From positions 1 through 23,411 of the forward strand of contig JAAOZP010000006.1 of NCBI GenBank assembly GCA_011605725.1: DNA of 23,411 nucleotides. Reading direction: 5' to 3'. The notes below the pieces were generated by a model. It worked only from the letters and a program-made list of their open reading frames with translations. It was not told the DNA's origin and did not search any database. Made by a program: the position numbers and the translations under genes. Below are positions 7,076-16,536 of this stretch, one piece after another. Position 1 is the first letter of the stretch. Each line of letters opens with the position of its first letter. Origin of the DNA: Nitrososphaerota archaeon. GTDB taxonomy: Archaea; Thermoproteota; EX4484-205; JAAOZP01.

Positions 7076-9723
7076 ATGGCTCCACCTCCAACTATCTTTA
7101 TCATTCTGTCTGCATCGATCAAGCATGAACTTTCTCCAACCTTCTGTGGAGTCAGCTTCAGGATCTCTGCATAGGGAGATGAACTCCCCATTCTCGTCGC
7201 TTGACGGATTCCATAAAGACGTGCCACAATAGGTATGTAGCTATTACTCTTAACCCTGGAACGGGCCACTGAAAGCGAGCTACCTATCGCGCTCCTAATC
7301 CCCTTAACCCTATCCTGTTCCTTCTTCACACTTTCCTTAAATCCATTGCCACATAACTCAGGAAATCTTGAAAGAGCGTAGCATTTTCCGAATGCCTCCG
7401 CGTCGCTGGAATACCCATTTATAACGATTCTAAACAAGTCTTCTACACCATAAGGCTGTGAACTGAGGAATTGTTCTTTCAACAAATCAAATCTTGCCTC
7501 TGCAGAACTATCCGATAGTGTTCCGCTATCCACAGCGTCGAAGCAGAATAGACTTAATGACGGATTTTTCCTCGCCTCTGCTTTAGCTTTTCCCATCAGC
7601 ATGGAGGCCGCCGAGACTATTGCCCATACGCTAGCCCTTGCCGGCGAAGATACCAAACCCATTGATAGCCCCCTTGCGCCTCCCATGTTAGCAGAAAACT
7701 CTCTTCCAAGCACTAAGGCAAACGGCAGGATGCCCCATGAGGGCATGAAGAATAATGCATCGTCCCCTCCAGCATACAATAACCCCAGTTTCACTGAGAC
7801 CGCTGCTCTAGCCGCTTCATCATCGTTTTTAGAAATATTCTGCACGCCTTCCCATATCTTTTCAACACTATATTCGATCGCCTTCTTTAGCGCCAAGTCT
7901 ATCCTAGCGCTTCTCTCATACGCATCTGCAGCAGAGAGACAAGTCGCCATGAAAACGCCCATAAGGTTTCCATCCACCTTCATAATTCCAAGGTTTCTAA
8001 GGCGGATTTTCCCTTCTAGTTCCTCCTTATTATGACCAGCTATGAGTTCCACTATCCATTTACTTGCCCCGTCCCAATCCGCATGAAAGACTTGTCTAGG
8101 AACGAATGTCCTATTCTTCACAATAATTTCGGATTCATATTTTACTCTAAAGTGAAGATCTCCTCCTATTTCATACAACTTTTTACACGTTCCACAGACC
8201 TCCTTTTCCCCTTCAGGGGTTAAGACCTTCTCTTCAGGAGGATTAAGGTAACAGAGCTTACATAGATTCCTAACGCCTTTCCCCGGGCTCGTCTTTACAA
8301 ACCGGTCTTCCGGCTTCATGCTGAACTTCTTAAACTGAATTTTCTCCGTGAGGTTCTGCGTGGTCTCTCTATAATTAGTACTTAAGGGGACTGATGCAAA
8401 CCTGACGGATATCTCCTTTATCTCTTCACAAGCCTTTTCCAGCGTACCGACTAAATTCGATGGAAGGATTAGCTGTATAACTCCTCCTGCCGAGTAAATT
8501 ATGGCCTCATAAGGGAGCCAAACATCGCGGCTTACATGGTGCTGAATCATAGACGGTATTTGAGCCATCACCGCCGCATCGATCATAAGGCTCGCGGCAA
8601 CGACCACCCTGAGTTCCTCAGACTTGAAGACAAAGGATTGGATGTTTCCAACGTCTATCAACGCCATCTCAACGCCATCGACGATTCTACCACCAGCCAT
8701 TTCGACGGGTTTTGTGTAATTCTCTGCTCTTTTGCGTATTTCTTCAACGAACATCCTACTGAGATCATCTATGGATGCATTGTCATATTGATGTAGCTTT
8801 TTCCAAAATTCCCAGCATTCTGGCCCAGCCCTATAAGCAGCATCCTCATTAATCCCTGCTTTGTTAGATAAATTACGTATCCTCTCACCAATTATCGTCC
8901 CGCCCAAACTTATAAGTCCATCGAAGAATGTAGCAGCATCATCAGCTTCCGACAACATCTGGGCTTCTCTGCTTTGAATCTCCTTTATCTCGCTCACGTA
9001 ACTCTTTCCTTCTAAAAGGATCTCAGCTATTTCTGATGAAGCCGTGACAGGATCTGTGTATCTGAAGGGCTTGCCCATATCCCGCAACATGGCTGCCAGT
9101 CTTAACATAGCCGTCTCTTTTCTAGGAAGCCCATTGGCCGTGGCCTTAGCCCACGCTATAGCGGAAGCGAGGAGGAGATGAGGCAGAAGCCCAGAAGTAT
9201 TCAAGGGGGGCCTAGTGTCCGCAGGCAGAGCGAACCAACAGTGCTCGATTTTCTCAGAGAGGTCAGCATCAGAAAGGATGGCTATGGGCTTTAGTTCATT
9301 GAGTCTCTTCACAATATCTTCTCTGTAGGTTAATTCAATGAACCTCACCGGGCTCCTGATCTCGTCCTGAATTTTTTCGAAGCCGATTAGCCTGTAAAGC
9401 AGGTAAGTTTTCAGGGGATTTGGCATCACCGCAGGGATTGTTTCCCTTATCAATGGAACCCTTAGAAAAAGCGCTATCAAGTCGGCGAGTAGCTCCAATT
9501 CCTCTGTTTGGTTCAAATTTCCCTCTCGCATGCGTTTAGCGAATTCTAACGCCTCGGATAGGAACTCCTTTAACCTTCGTAATACATTTTTCCAGATTTC
9601 TACGTCTTGTGGTGTTACCTTTCTCGTCGAAACTACTCTGTCTTCATCCCTGTAAGGAACAAAGAATGCTTTAAAGACCGGATAACCGGGTTCTTCAAAT
9701 TTCACTTCGTCAAAGCTTCTCAA
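7072..9723 (-). CDS. cas10: Cas10 large subunit; Palm GGDD intact, HD site degenerate
   Basis: 883 aa with ADTRP, DVGNIQSFVF, the CxxC...CxxC Zn finger, KVDGNLMG and LLYAGGDD (GGDD at 7759-7770). The HD position reads LRDMGKP. Confidence 0.97.
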   Translation of the reverse strand: MRSFDEVKFEEPGYPVFKAFFVPYRDEDRVVSTRKVTPQDVEIWKNVLRRLKEFLSEALEFAKRMREGNLNQTEELELLADLIALFLRVPLIRETIPAVMPNPLKTYLLYRLIGFEKIQDEIRSPVRFIELTYREDIVKRLNELKPIAILSDADLSEKIEHCWFALPADTRPPLNTSGLLPHLLLASAIAWAKATANGLPRKETAMLRLAAMLRDMGKPFRYTDPVTASSEIAEILLEGKSYVSEIKEIQSREAQMLSEADDAATFFDGLISLGGTIIGERIRNLSNKAGINEDAAYRAGPECWEFWKKLHQYDNASIDDLSRMFVEEIRKRAENYTKPVEMAGGRIVDGVEMALIDVGNIQSFVFKSEELRVVVAASLMIDAAVMAQIPSMIQHHVSRDVWLPYEAIIYSAGGVIQLILPSNLVGTLEKACEEIKEISVRFASVPLSTNYRETTQNLTEKIQFKKFSMKPEDRFVKTSPGKGVRNLCKLCYLNPPEEKVLTPEGEKEVCGTCKKLYEIGGDLHFRVKYESEIIVKNRTFVPRQVFHADWDGASKWIVELIAGHNKEELEGKIRLRNLGIMKVDGNLMGVFMATCLSAADAYERSARIDLALKKAIEYSVEKIWEGVQNISKNDDEAARAAVSVKLGLLYAGGDDALFFMPSWGILPFALVLGREFSANMGGARGLSMGLVSSPARASVWAIVSAASMLMGKAKAEARKNPSLSLFCFDAVDSGTLSDSSAEARFDLLKEQFLSSQPYGVEDLFRIVINGYSSDAEAFGKCYALSRFPELCGNGFKESVKKEQDRVKGIRSAIGSSLSVARSRVKSNSYIPIVARLYGIRQATRMGSSSPYAEILKLTPQKVGESSCLIDADRMIKIVGGGAI

Positions 9724-10681
9724 TGGTGGACACCTCGTCCTTTACGTCTAGCTCTCCCTCGTAGGTTCTCATGGCGCTCTCAACAAGGGTCCTAACAAGA
9801 GTGTTCAGATCTTCTCCCTCTAAGCTCCCCCCAGGGTTGATGGAGATATTTTCAAACTTTATATGCTCCGAATACTCAGAAAGCTTTAGCCTTTCCAAGT
9901 GGTATATTATCCTACCGAGTTCATATCCTCCAACCTGCTTTCTGTATTTAAACCTACCAAGCAGAACGGCCCTGCCTCTAGCCGAAACTTTCAAACCCAT
10001 TCCAATAAAAAGGAGGCCCAGCTCCTCTTGCCTGAGATTGAGAAAACTGACGGAACCGCGGAACTTGGAGTTCGGGGGAGCGGCGAGAACGTTCACCTCA
10101 TGTTCCAGATCAAGCCTTTCCAACCGGATTCCTTCTCCCTTAAAGTCTGAGAAGCTTATAAGACCTTGGAGGCCGTTCGTGCCGAACAAATCGCAGACCA
10201 AACATACTTGCTGGTTCCTCGTTGAATCGCAAGACCAACCTCTATTCTCCATAAGAACCTCCCCCCAAATCTTATAGTGCCTCCATCCATGGAGACGAGC
10301 AACTGGCGGACGAGTGGGAGCAGTAGCCCGTATGAAGCATGACTTCGTTTTTCCATTTCTGGCTCTGAAGCTGAGTTCAATCCTTGACCTGATGTTTCCT
10401 TTAACAGAGGATGCGGGAATAGTCGGCACATTATTCGTCGTATGGAAACTCGAGTACTTCTCCTCAAACTTAACGCTGGATATAGCCTCGCTTGTTAAGC
10501 CCCCGTACTTATTGAGAACCTTAATCAATTCTTCCTCATTCATCAGATGTTGTTCTTGCGCCGAGCCAATATACAAATAGGAAATAGGTTCGATAGTAAC
10601 CGAGAGAGAACCTACTAGATGCTCAAACCTGCTCCTATCCCTCGGTCGAGCTCTAATGACTTCGACTCCTAGAGATTGCAT
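9710..10681 (-). CDS. Type III RAMP, Cas7 group
   Basis: YLYIGS, TIPASSVKGNIRSRIEL, CLVCDLFGT and LLGRFKYR. Confidence 0.88.
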   Translation of the reverse strand: MQSLGVEVIRARPRDRSRFEHLVGSLSVTIEPISYLYIGSAQEQHLMNEEELIKVLNKYGGLTSEAISSVKFEEKYSSFHTTNNVPTIPASSVKGNIRSRIELSFRARNGKTKSCFIRATAPTRPPVARLHGWRHYKIWGEVLMENRGWSCDSTRNQQVCLVCDLFGTNGLQGLISFSDFKGEGIRLERLDLEHEVNVLAAPPNSKFRGSVSFLNLRQEELGLLFIGMGLKVSARGRAVLLGRFKYRKQVGGYELGRIIYHLERLKLSEYSEHIKFENISINPGGSLEGEDLNTLVRTLVESAMRTYEGELDVKDEVSTIEKL

Positions 10682-11585
10682 TTATCCAGGCCTCCTTGAG
10701 CTTTTCTAAAACGCTCCATACGTCATGGTCCTCCGCCACCTGCCACCCATCCTCAATTCTAACAATCCCTTGTAAGTTTACTTCACTGTCAAGACCCTCT
10801 TCCAAACTTTTTAATATTCCATCAACACTTTGGGGGAACTCCCTATTCTTGAATCTTATATTCTCAAACTTGACTTCTCCGAAGCCCCTTGTCTTGAATC
10901 CGCCTATTTTAACTTGACCTTCATTAATCATGCGTAAAACGATGCCTAAGAGGCCTAGCGCGTAATTTGGAAGGTTTGTACACTCCATTTTAAACCTAAA
11001 CTTGGCGCCTGGCTCCACATACTCCACAGTATAAAGGGCATGTTCCATTACGGCCCCGGTTCTCCTATTGATTGCTATTCCGGTTCTCGCACCAAGCCTG
11101 ACTGGAAGCGGGTTTCCATTCTCATCAAGAGGATATGCATCGCTGAAGCGGATTTTGCCTGCATAACCCAGTGAACCAAATATTTTGCACATTAAACATG
11201 CTTTCTTGAAGAAGGCATCCATAGCATCCTTCGAATTCCTACTCCTCAACTTAAGTTCCACGTATCTTCCAAGGGTCTGTTCCCCGAGCTCAGGATCCTC
11301 TATCTGCTTAAGATCCATACATGTTTCTTTGGCTAACCCAGTGCACACATCGAGTTTAGCGCTCTTCGCCATACTCGATGTATAACTCCTGAAAATGCCT
11401 TTGATGCTTGAGCCCGGAATGTACGGAAGAAATTCATCTTTATATGGAATCCTGAGGACGGCTAGGTCAACAACTGCACCCAGTGGAGGCTCTCTACCAC
11501 TACCGATACGAAGTGGCGAGCTGTTCGTTAAATACCCCTCTACGACTGTCTCTCTAAGCAGGATAGACGAAGATGTCCAATACAT
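10653..11585 (-). CDS. csm3: Type III Csm3-like Cas7 RAMP (Csx7-like)
   Basis: PLRIGSG..VVD (putative catalytic Asp), YIPGSSIKG, CLMCKIFG and IGGFKTRGFG. Confidence 0.9.
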   Translation of the reverse strand: MYWTSSSILLRETVVEGYLTNSSPLRIGSGREPPLGAVVDLAVLRIPYKDEFLPYIPGSSIKGIFRSYTSSMAKSAKLDVCTGLAKETCMDLKQIEDPELGEQTLGRYVELKLRSRNSKDAMDAFFKKACLMCKIFGSLGYAGKIRFSDAYPLDENGNPLPVRLGARTGIAINRRTGAVMEHALYTVEYVEPGAKFRFKMECTNLPNYALGLLGIVLRMINEGQVKIGGFKTRGFGEVKFENIRFKNREFPQSVDGILKSLEEGLDSEVNLQGIVRIEDGWQVAEDHDVWSVLEKLKEAWINAISRSRSH

Positions 11586-12292
11586 TATTTACCTCCCCCT
11601 AACCGACCTTCCGATAGTATCTTGATTTCTCCGCCTTCCAAGGAGTATGTCGACCACTTGGCTGTCCTGAGCTTTAAAAGACCACATCCCACTCCTTTTC
11701 TCGCGCCTACACTTATTCCCATTTTAAGCAAGTAGTCAAGCAAGCCCCCCAATAACTCTGCCCTCGGATCGTCTATATCCGGTTCAGGTAAGAATCTGAT
11801 GTTCAAGACATCCATTCTAAACGACCAGAGAGTATTTGGGACCACTAACTCTTCAGTAAATAAAAGCCCGGGTCTCGCTGCATGAAATTCCCTGTCAATG
11901 CTGACTCCGGTTTTAGTGAAGGTGCGTGCCGAACCATTCTTAGGATACGCATCGTAAATCTTGATATGGCTCGCTAATTCTGTTGAGCCGAATATTCCAC
12001 ATATGGAACAAAAGTTTCCATCTTTAGCCTCCTGCTTAATTTCATCTTCATCCCAGGGAGAATGGGCACGCATTCCTTTAGATAACGCTATCGACTCGAC
12101 CAGTGACCTGAAAACACCTTTTAAGCTGGACCCTGGGATACAGGGTATCCCGTCAATCCTGTACACAGCAACGTCTACTGCAGCACCTAGTGGTGGCTCT
12201 CTGCCGGTGCCAATACGAAGCGGTGTTTCGTTGATCAGCTCTCCCTCTATCTTCGTAATGAGCTTTATTAGGTTAAAATCTCTGTATTCCAT
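11585..12292 (-). CDS. csm3: Type III Csm3-like Cas7 RAMP
   Basis: PLRIGTG..AVD, IPGSSLKG, CSICGIFG and VGARKGVGCG. Confidence 0.9.
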   Translation of the reverse strand: MEYRDFNLIKLITKIEGELINETPLRIGTGREPPLGAAVDVAVYRIDGIPCIPGSSLKGVFRSLVESIALSKGMRAHSPWDEDEIKQEAKDGNFCSICGIFGSTELASHIKIYDAYPKNGSARTFTKTGVSIDREFHAARPGLLFTEELVVPNTLWSFRMDVLNIRFLPEPDIDDPRAELLGGLLDYLLKMGISVGARKGVGCGLLKLRTAKWSTYSLEGGEIKILSEGRLGGGK

Positions 12293-12299
12293 CTCCCAT

Positions 12300-12674
12300 T
12301 CACGTAGCGCGTACTCCCGCTAGCATTCTTAATAAGTCTGTGAATTCGTTAGGGGTCCTTTCAAGTCTGGTTTTCTCAACTATTTCGAAGATCCATTTCG
12401 CTAATCCAAGAAGTTTCCTTGCATCTTCCTTTCCTCCCTCTCGGTATATTCGCTCTAGTGCATTAGCCACTAAATCGGCTGTTCTCTTCCCTTTTCCAAG
12501 CCTCGAGGTCTGTCTGTAGGCAAAGGCAGCGGCAACAAGTAGGCTTGCCTTAGGATCTTGAACGTAATCTAAGGATGATAAGAGGTTTTCGAATTGCGAT
12601 TTTGTTAAGCCATCAAATTTAGCCTGTACCCCTATTTTTGTAGCAATATCAAGAGCCTCCTTATCGGAAATCAT
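12300..12674 (-). CDS. cas11: Cas11 small subunit (Csm2-like)
   Basis: 124-aa helical protein, first gene of the operon, with YRQTSRLG and ARKLLGLAKWIFE. Confidence 0.8.
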   Translation of the reverse strand: MISDKEALDIATKIGVQAKFDGLTKSQFENLLSSLDYVQDPKASLLVAAAFAYRQTSRLGKGKRTADLVANALERIYREGGKEDARKLLGLAKWIFEIVEKTRLERTPNEFTDLLRMLAGVRAT

Positions 12675-12705
12675 ATTTACAACCGTAAGTAAAGTAAAAC
12701 TCCCA

Positions 12706-12719
12706 TATTTAAACTTTCC
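12706..12719 (-). promoter_or_regulatory. BRE-TATA promoter of the type III operon
   Basis: Minus-strand GGAAAG-TTTAAATA, 31 nt before the cas11 ATG. Confidence 0.6.
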
Positions 12720-13166
12720 TCGTTTTTAGAGACTGTCAACTTAAGGCTTATTTTTAAGTTAGTAACAATGAGCACGATAACTTTATTTATTATTCTTAAA
12801 TAAAAAAATTTAAGATAACTTTTTTTAAAAAAAATCGTAGCTAATTTTGTTTTTTGGATTAAAGCGCGCGCGCTAAAATATTCCCAATTGAAATTCAAAT
12901 TTCATCATTATCTGGTGATGGGATAAAGAAAACTGAAGATAAGTTCCAAAAGCTTGGAGATTTACTTGAAAACGTCGAATACCCGGAGGGGCGTATTGAA
13001 GTTCATAACCTTTGAAGAGCCTAAAGAAGATCACGACAAAAATTTTTCAATTCATCATTTTTCTAAGCTTAATGAAATAGTTAAGAATTTTATATATTCT
13101 ACTCAATAGTAGCATAGTTATAACAACCTTGTAGATACGATTTCCTTCTGGTGGCATATTTACAAA

Positions 13167-14558
13167 TTATCCTTCCGGGTTAAATAACCACTTACATATT
13201 TCTGGTAATTTTTCTTTTATATATCTTAGTTCTAGCTCTTCATTCTGTTTTCTTACTTCAACCATAGTTCTTTCTAATCCCGAGTGCGCGAAAAAGTTTC
13301 TTTTAATATCTGATGTGCTTAGAGCCTTTTCTTTCTTCTCTTCCGAAGTCCCTTCTTGATATAACTCGTTTAGACAAGTCCATTGCTGGGTAACCTTGTT
13401 CTTCTTATTATCTATTTCACTTAGGTCTCTTTCTAGAAACCTCTTATTTAACGATAGATCTAGTTTATCATAGATTTCGGTGAATCTTTCTTTAATCTCA
13501 GTAATGCTCACTCCATCTTTTATCTCTAATCCTTCCATTTCGCTAGATATCCATTTGAATAAGGCAAGTGAATAGAACAGGTTGAAAACATCCTTCCACT
13601 TCAAGTTATTGACAGCGACTATTTTTTCGCTTAGCACTGGTTTCGTTTTTTCTAGGAAGAAGCATATTAGTTCCTTTTCAAGAACTTCTACTTTTTGATC
13701 AAGGTTTATTAACCCGCTATAAAAAGCTAGAGGCACATTATACTTTATAGAATGAAATGCTTTGACGAGGTTGTCTAACAAATATTTCAGTTTCGTCTTT
13801 TCGTCTTTAGTTTCATAAGAAATCCTTTTTTTCTCCTCTGGATTAGTTTCGACATAGTATTCGATTTTACATAAAGTTTCTAAATTCTGGGGCTTGATTG
13901 GTAAAGTGAAAAATGCTTTTACATCATACTCGTTAACGAATATTCTTATGGTGTGACGCAACTCTTCACTAAGCTTAGTTACTGGTTCAGAGATTGCGTA
14001 AAAAGCGTTAATTTTTTTCTCAGTTATTCCATTTCTTAACTTATCATAGACAATTATAGCTCTTAAGGCTTCCAGCATGGAGGTAACGTAAATGTTGTAT
14101 CCGGTAGACATGTCTGTAACTACTATTGTTTTCTCTCCGTTTTCATTAATTCTTTTCATTATGTCGAGAAATATCTGTACAGCAACATTGCCAGGAGTGT
14201 TTTTGAAGCTAAATCTTTCTTGACCGATCATATAGTTTCCGATAGCATTAATTGGTAAGATCTCAAAATCTTTGTAATTGCTTATATTACTTATCTTGTC
14301 TCGGAGGCTCTCAGCTAATGAAACTCTGTCTGTTAAATACTTTTGTATGTCCTGCCCTCTGTAAAGGCTGTTTGGACAAACGTATATTATCTTGGCTTCA
14401 TATCCTTTCTTCTCCCTATAATAAGAATATAGAACTTCAGATGAAAGCTTAAAATCCCTTCTTATGAAACTGCCTGCATCATCACCGTCTTCTATTTCAT
14501 AAGTAACGCTTGAATATCCTTCCAGATTACCAAGAACTTGGTATATCAGGGCCTTCAT
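13167..14558 (-). CDS. csx1: Csx1 CARF-HEPN cyclic-oligoadenylate-activated RNase
   Basis: N-terminal CARF (QVLGN..Y, DMSTGYN) and C-terminal HEPN RxxxxH (KRNFFAHSGLE). Confidence 0.93.
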   Translation of the reverse strand: MKALIYQVLGNLEGYSSVTYEIEDGDDAGSFIRRDFKLSSEVLYSYYREKKGYEAKIIYVCPNSLYRGQDIQKYLTDRVSLAESLRDKISNISNYKDFEILPINAIGNYMIGQERFSFKNTPGNVAVQIFLDIMKRINENGEKTIVVTDMSTGYNIYVTSMLEALRAIIVYDKLRNGITEKKINAFYAISEPVTKLSEELRHTIRIFVNEYDVKAFFTLPIKPQNLETLCKIEYYVETNPEEKKRISYETKDEKTKLKYLLDNLVKAFHSIKYNVPLAFYSGLINLDQKVEVLEKELICFFLEKTKPVLSEKIVAVNNLKWKDVFNLFYSLALFKWISSEMEGLEIKDGVSITEIKERFTEIYDKLDLSLNKRFLERDLSEIDNKKNKVTQQWTCLNELYQEGTSEEKKEKALSTSDIKRNFFAHSGLERTMVEVRKQNEELELRYIKEKLPEICKWLFNPEG

Positions 14559-14698
14559 ATCTGCACCAAGATTTATTACTGTAGAAACACCTATAAAAAT
14601 GTAAAAAGTGGTACATTCTTTGGTCTATCTTTCAATTTTGCTTTTTAACACTACGGCTTAAAAGGTAAAGTTAATTACTCGATTTTACTTTCTAAAAT

Positions 14699-15481
14699 AT
14701 GGTGTTGAGGTTGAAGCTCTCGGTAATTGCCCCGATAGGTACTTCTCCGCCTGTGGTTACGGAGTTTGTTCAATATGTTGAGGATGGTTTGAGAGAGCGT
14801 ATTAGTGATCTTACGGTTATAAGCACTAGTGATCCTTATGTTCTGAGTTGCACCGATCTCGCTGAGCAAGCTGTCCGGGATAGGTATCCTCATATTTATT
14901 TCCACAGGCATCAGCTTGGTTTCGAGGATATTGATTCTCAGGACAGGCTTTACGAGTTTATGCTTGACGTGGCTAAGCTGCTTAGAAATCAGGTGGAGCA
15001 GTTTAACGCCAGTAAGATTTACGTGAACTCTGCCGGAGGTAGGAAGGATGCGCTCATAGCGCTTTCAACGCTCTGTCAGTTCCTGCCTGTCTCAGGAATA
15101 TTTCACATCGTGATGCCTGATGTTAAGACGTTCAACGTACAGCTGGAGAGGATTAAGCATGAGATCGAGGAGCTCGGCAGGGCGGTTGATAAGAGAGCTT
15201 ACTACTTGAGTAAGAGGGATTTGTTCGACCCTCTGATGTATCCTCATCCGAGCACCTACTCTGTGGTTAGGATTCCGGTTGTCCCCTTTCCCCCGGGGGT
15301 TCTGGGGAATCTGGCGAAAATATTGAAGGGGGGTAAGACGGAGATAGTGACTACTGGATTAGAGCAGAGGCACATAGAGATGCTTGTAGATATTGGGCTT
15401 ATCACTGCAGACAAGAGATACGTGTACCCTACGGATGAGGGGAGGCTCTTATCCACGTTGATTAAAACGCTCGTCGAATAA
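14699..15481 (+). CDS. CARF + wHTH protein, Crn1/Csx14-like ring nuclease
   Basis: APIGTSPPVVTE, EDID and VNSAGGRK motifs of the Sso2081/Csx14-type CARF; C-terminal wHTH (LVDIGLI...YPTDEGR); divergent from csx1. Confidence 0.8.
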   Translation: MVLRLKLSVIAPIGTSPPVVTEFVQYVEDGLRERISDLTVISTSDPYVLSCTDLAEQAVRDRYPHIYFHRHQLGFEDIDSQDRLYEFMLDVAKLLRNQVEQFNASKIYVNSAGGRKDALIALSTLCQFLPVSGIFHIVMPDVKTFNVQLERIKHEIEELGRAVDKRAYYLSKRDLFDPLMYPHPSTYSVVRIPVVPFPPGVLGNLAKILKGGKTEIVTTGLEQRHIEMLVDIGLITADKRYVYPTDEGRLLSTLIKTLVE

Positions 15482-15727
15482 AACGTGCTTTCTTTAAACT
15501 AGGCTTAATGGGCAAAGGGTTTGCCGAAGGGCATACTATTAGTATAAACTGCAATCTCTAGGAAAAGATTTCCTTTAAAGCCTTGAGTTTTCAGTTTCCA
15601 AAAGGTTTATATAAAGTATACCCGTGAGTATACCATTTTACGATAGGAAAGCTGAACTTTCAGCCTTAGAGGAAGCAGCGCGCGCTACGAAAAGATAGTT
15701 TATGCGTAGAAACAGTCGAAAAAAATT

Positions 15728-16090
15728 TCAATAAAAAACTAGTCCGTATTTTTCCAGCCCCTCGTAATGCTTAATGTTTCTCGTTAACAGCTTAAATCTC
15801 TTCACTACTGCTGTGCCACCTATTATTAGGTCCCTGTCCTCAACAAGCCTGCCTGAGGCCCTGAGGCTCCTCCATATTTCCGAGGCTTTCTCCAGAATCT
15901 CGTTGTCGAGCCAAACAATGCTGAAGGATCTCTCCAGTATTTTCTTAGCCTCCTTCACATTCCTCGTCCCCCTGATGAACTCGTAGACAGTTATTTCCGA
16001 CACATAATGTGAATCCTCCGGGTTTAACTCCAGTCCTCCCTTATAGTAATCGATTAGACAGTCTGTATCCACTAGTATTCTCTCGCCCAT
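15728..16090 (-). CDS. vapC: VapC PIN-domain toxin
   Basis: ILVDTDCLID, SEITVYE, EDRDLIIGGTA and LLTRNIKHY. Confidence 0.92.
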   Translation of the reverse strand: MGERILVDTDCLIDYYKGGLELNPEDSHYVSEITVYEFIRGTRNVKEAKKILERSFSIVWLDNEILEKASEIWRSLRASGRLVEDRDLIIGGTAVVKRFKLLTRNIKHYEGLEKYGLVFY

Positions 16091-16272
16091 TTTTTAACCC
16101 TGACCTCATCATATCCCATTTCCAGAAGTTTCTGCATTCTTTTCCTATTTTTGAGCCTGTTCTCAGTTAGAGCTATGTTCGCGAGCTCGTTCAGGAACTC
16201 GTCCCATGCTTTCTCTCCCTTAATGCTCTCCAATCTTTTCTTCGTCTCCTTGCTCACAGGTATGGTACTCAC
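16072..16272 (-). CDS. vapB: VapB-type antitoxin (RHH-like)
   Basis: 66 aa with a GTG start (TIPVSKETKKRLESIKGEKAWDEFL); overlaps the vapC start. Confidence 0.8.
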   Translation of the reverse strand: MSTIPVSKETKKRLESIKGEKAWDEFLNELANIALTENRLKNRKRMQKLLEMGYDEVRVKKWAREY

Positions 16273-16423
16273 AATTATGGATTATGAATTATAATTTATA
16301 AACTTTTTGCGCGCTTGGGACCCATACACAAGATTCGTGAAAAACGCGTGGACACGAAGCTTACAGTCAGCGAAATCGAGAAGGGATTTATGAAAAAGCA
16401 TTATTAGAGTTATTTATAGGAAT

Positions 16424-16500
16424 GTAGAATCTCAAAGGAGAATTGAAAGCTTTTGGAAATCAATGTCCCGCCGTAAAACTGAACCTAAAAATCTGCGCCA
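16424..16500 (+). CRISPR. Mini-array: one perfect repeat, a 36-nt spacer and a degenerate repeat, behind an AT-rich leader-like region
   Basis: Exact repeat at 16424-16449, spacer at 16450-16485, and TAAAAATCTGCGCC at 16486, which resembles the main-array terminal TAAGAATCTCGCGCGC. Confidence 0.8.
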
Positions 16501-16536
16501 AGACTTTCAGAATAGTTGGTTTCAGTAGAACGTGTG

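Noticed and set aside
4580-12323. Plus-strand and alternative-frame ORFs overlapping cas genes
   Set aside because: They are shadows of well-supported genes and carry no motifs.
12677-12898. 73-aa minus-strand ORF upstream of cas11
   Set aside because: It is low-complexity AT-rich promoter DNA.
12918-13110. Short open stretch MGIKKTEDKFQKLGDLLENVEYPEG
   Set aside because: It is too short, broken and has no recognisable motif. It may be a relic but cannot be supported.
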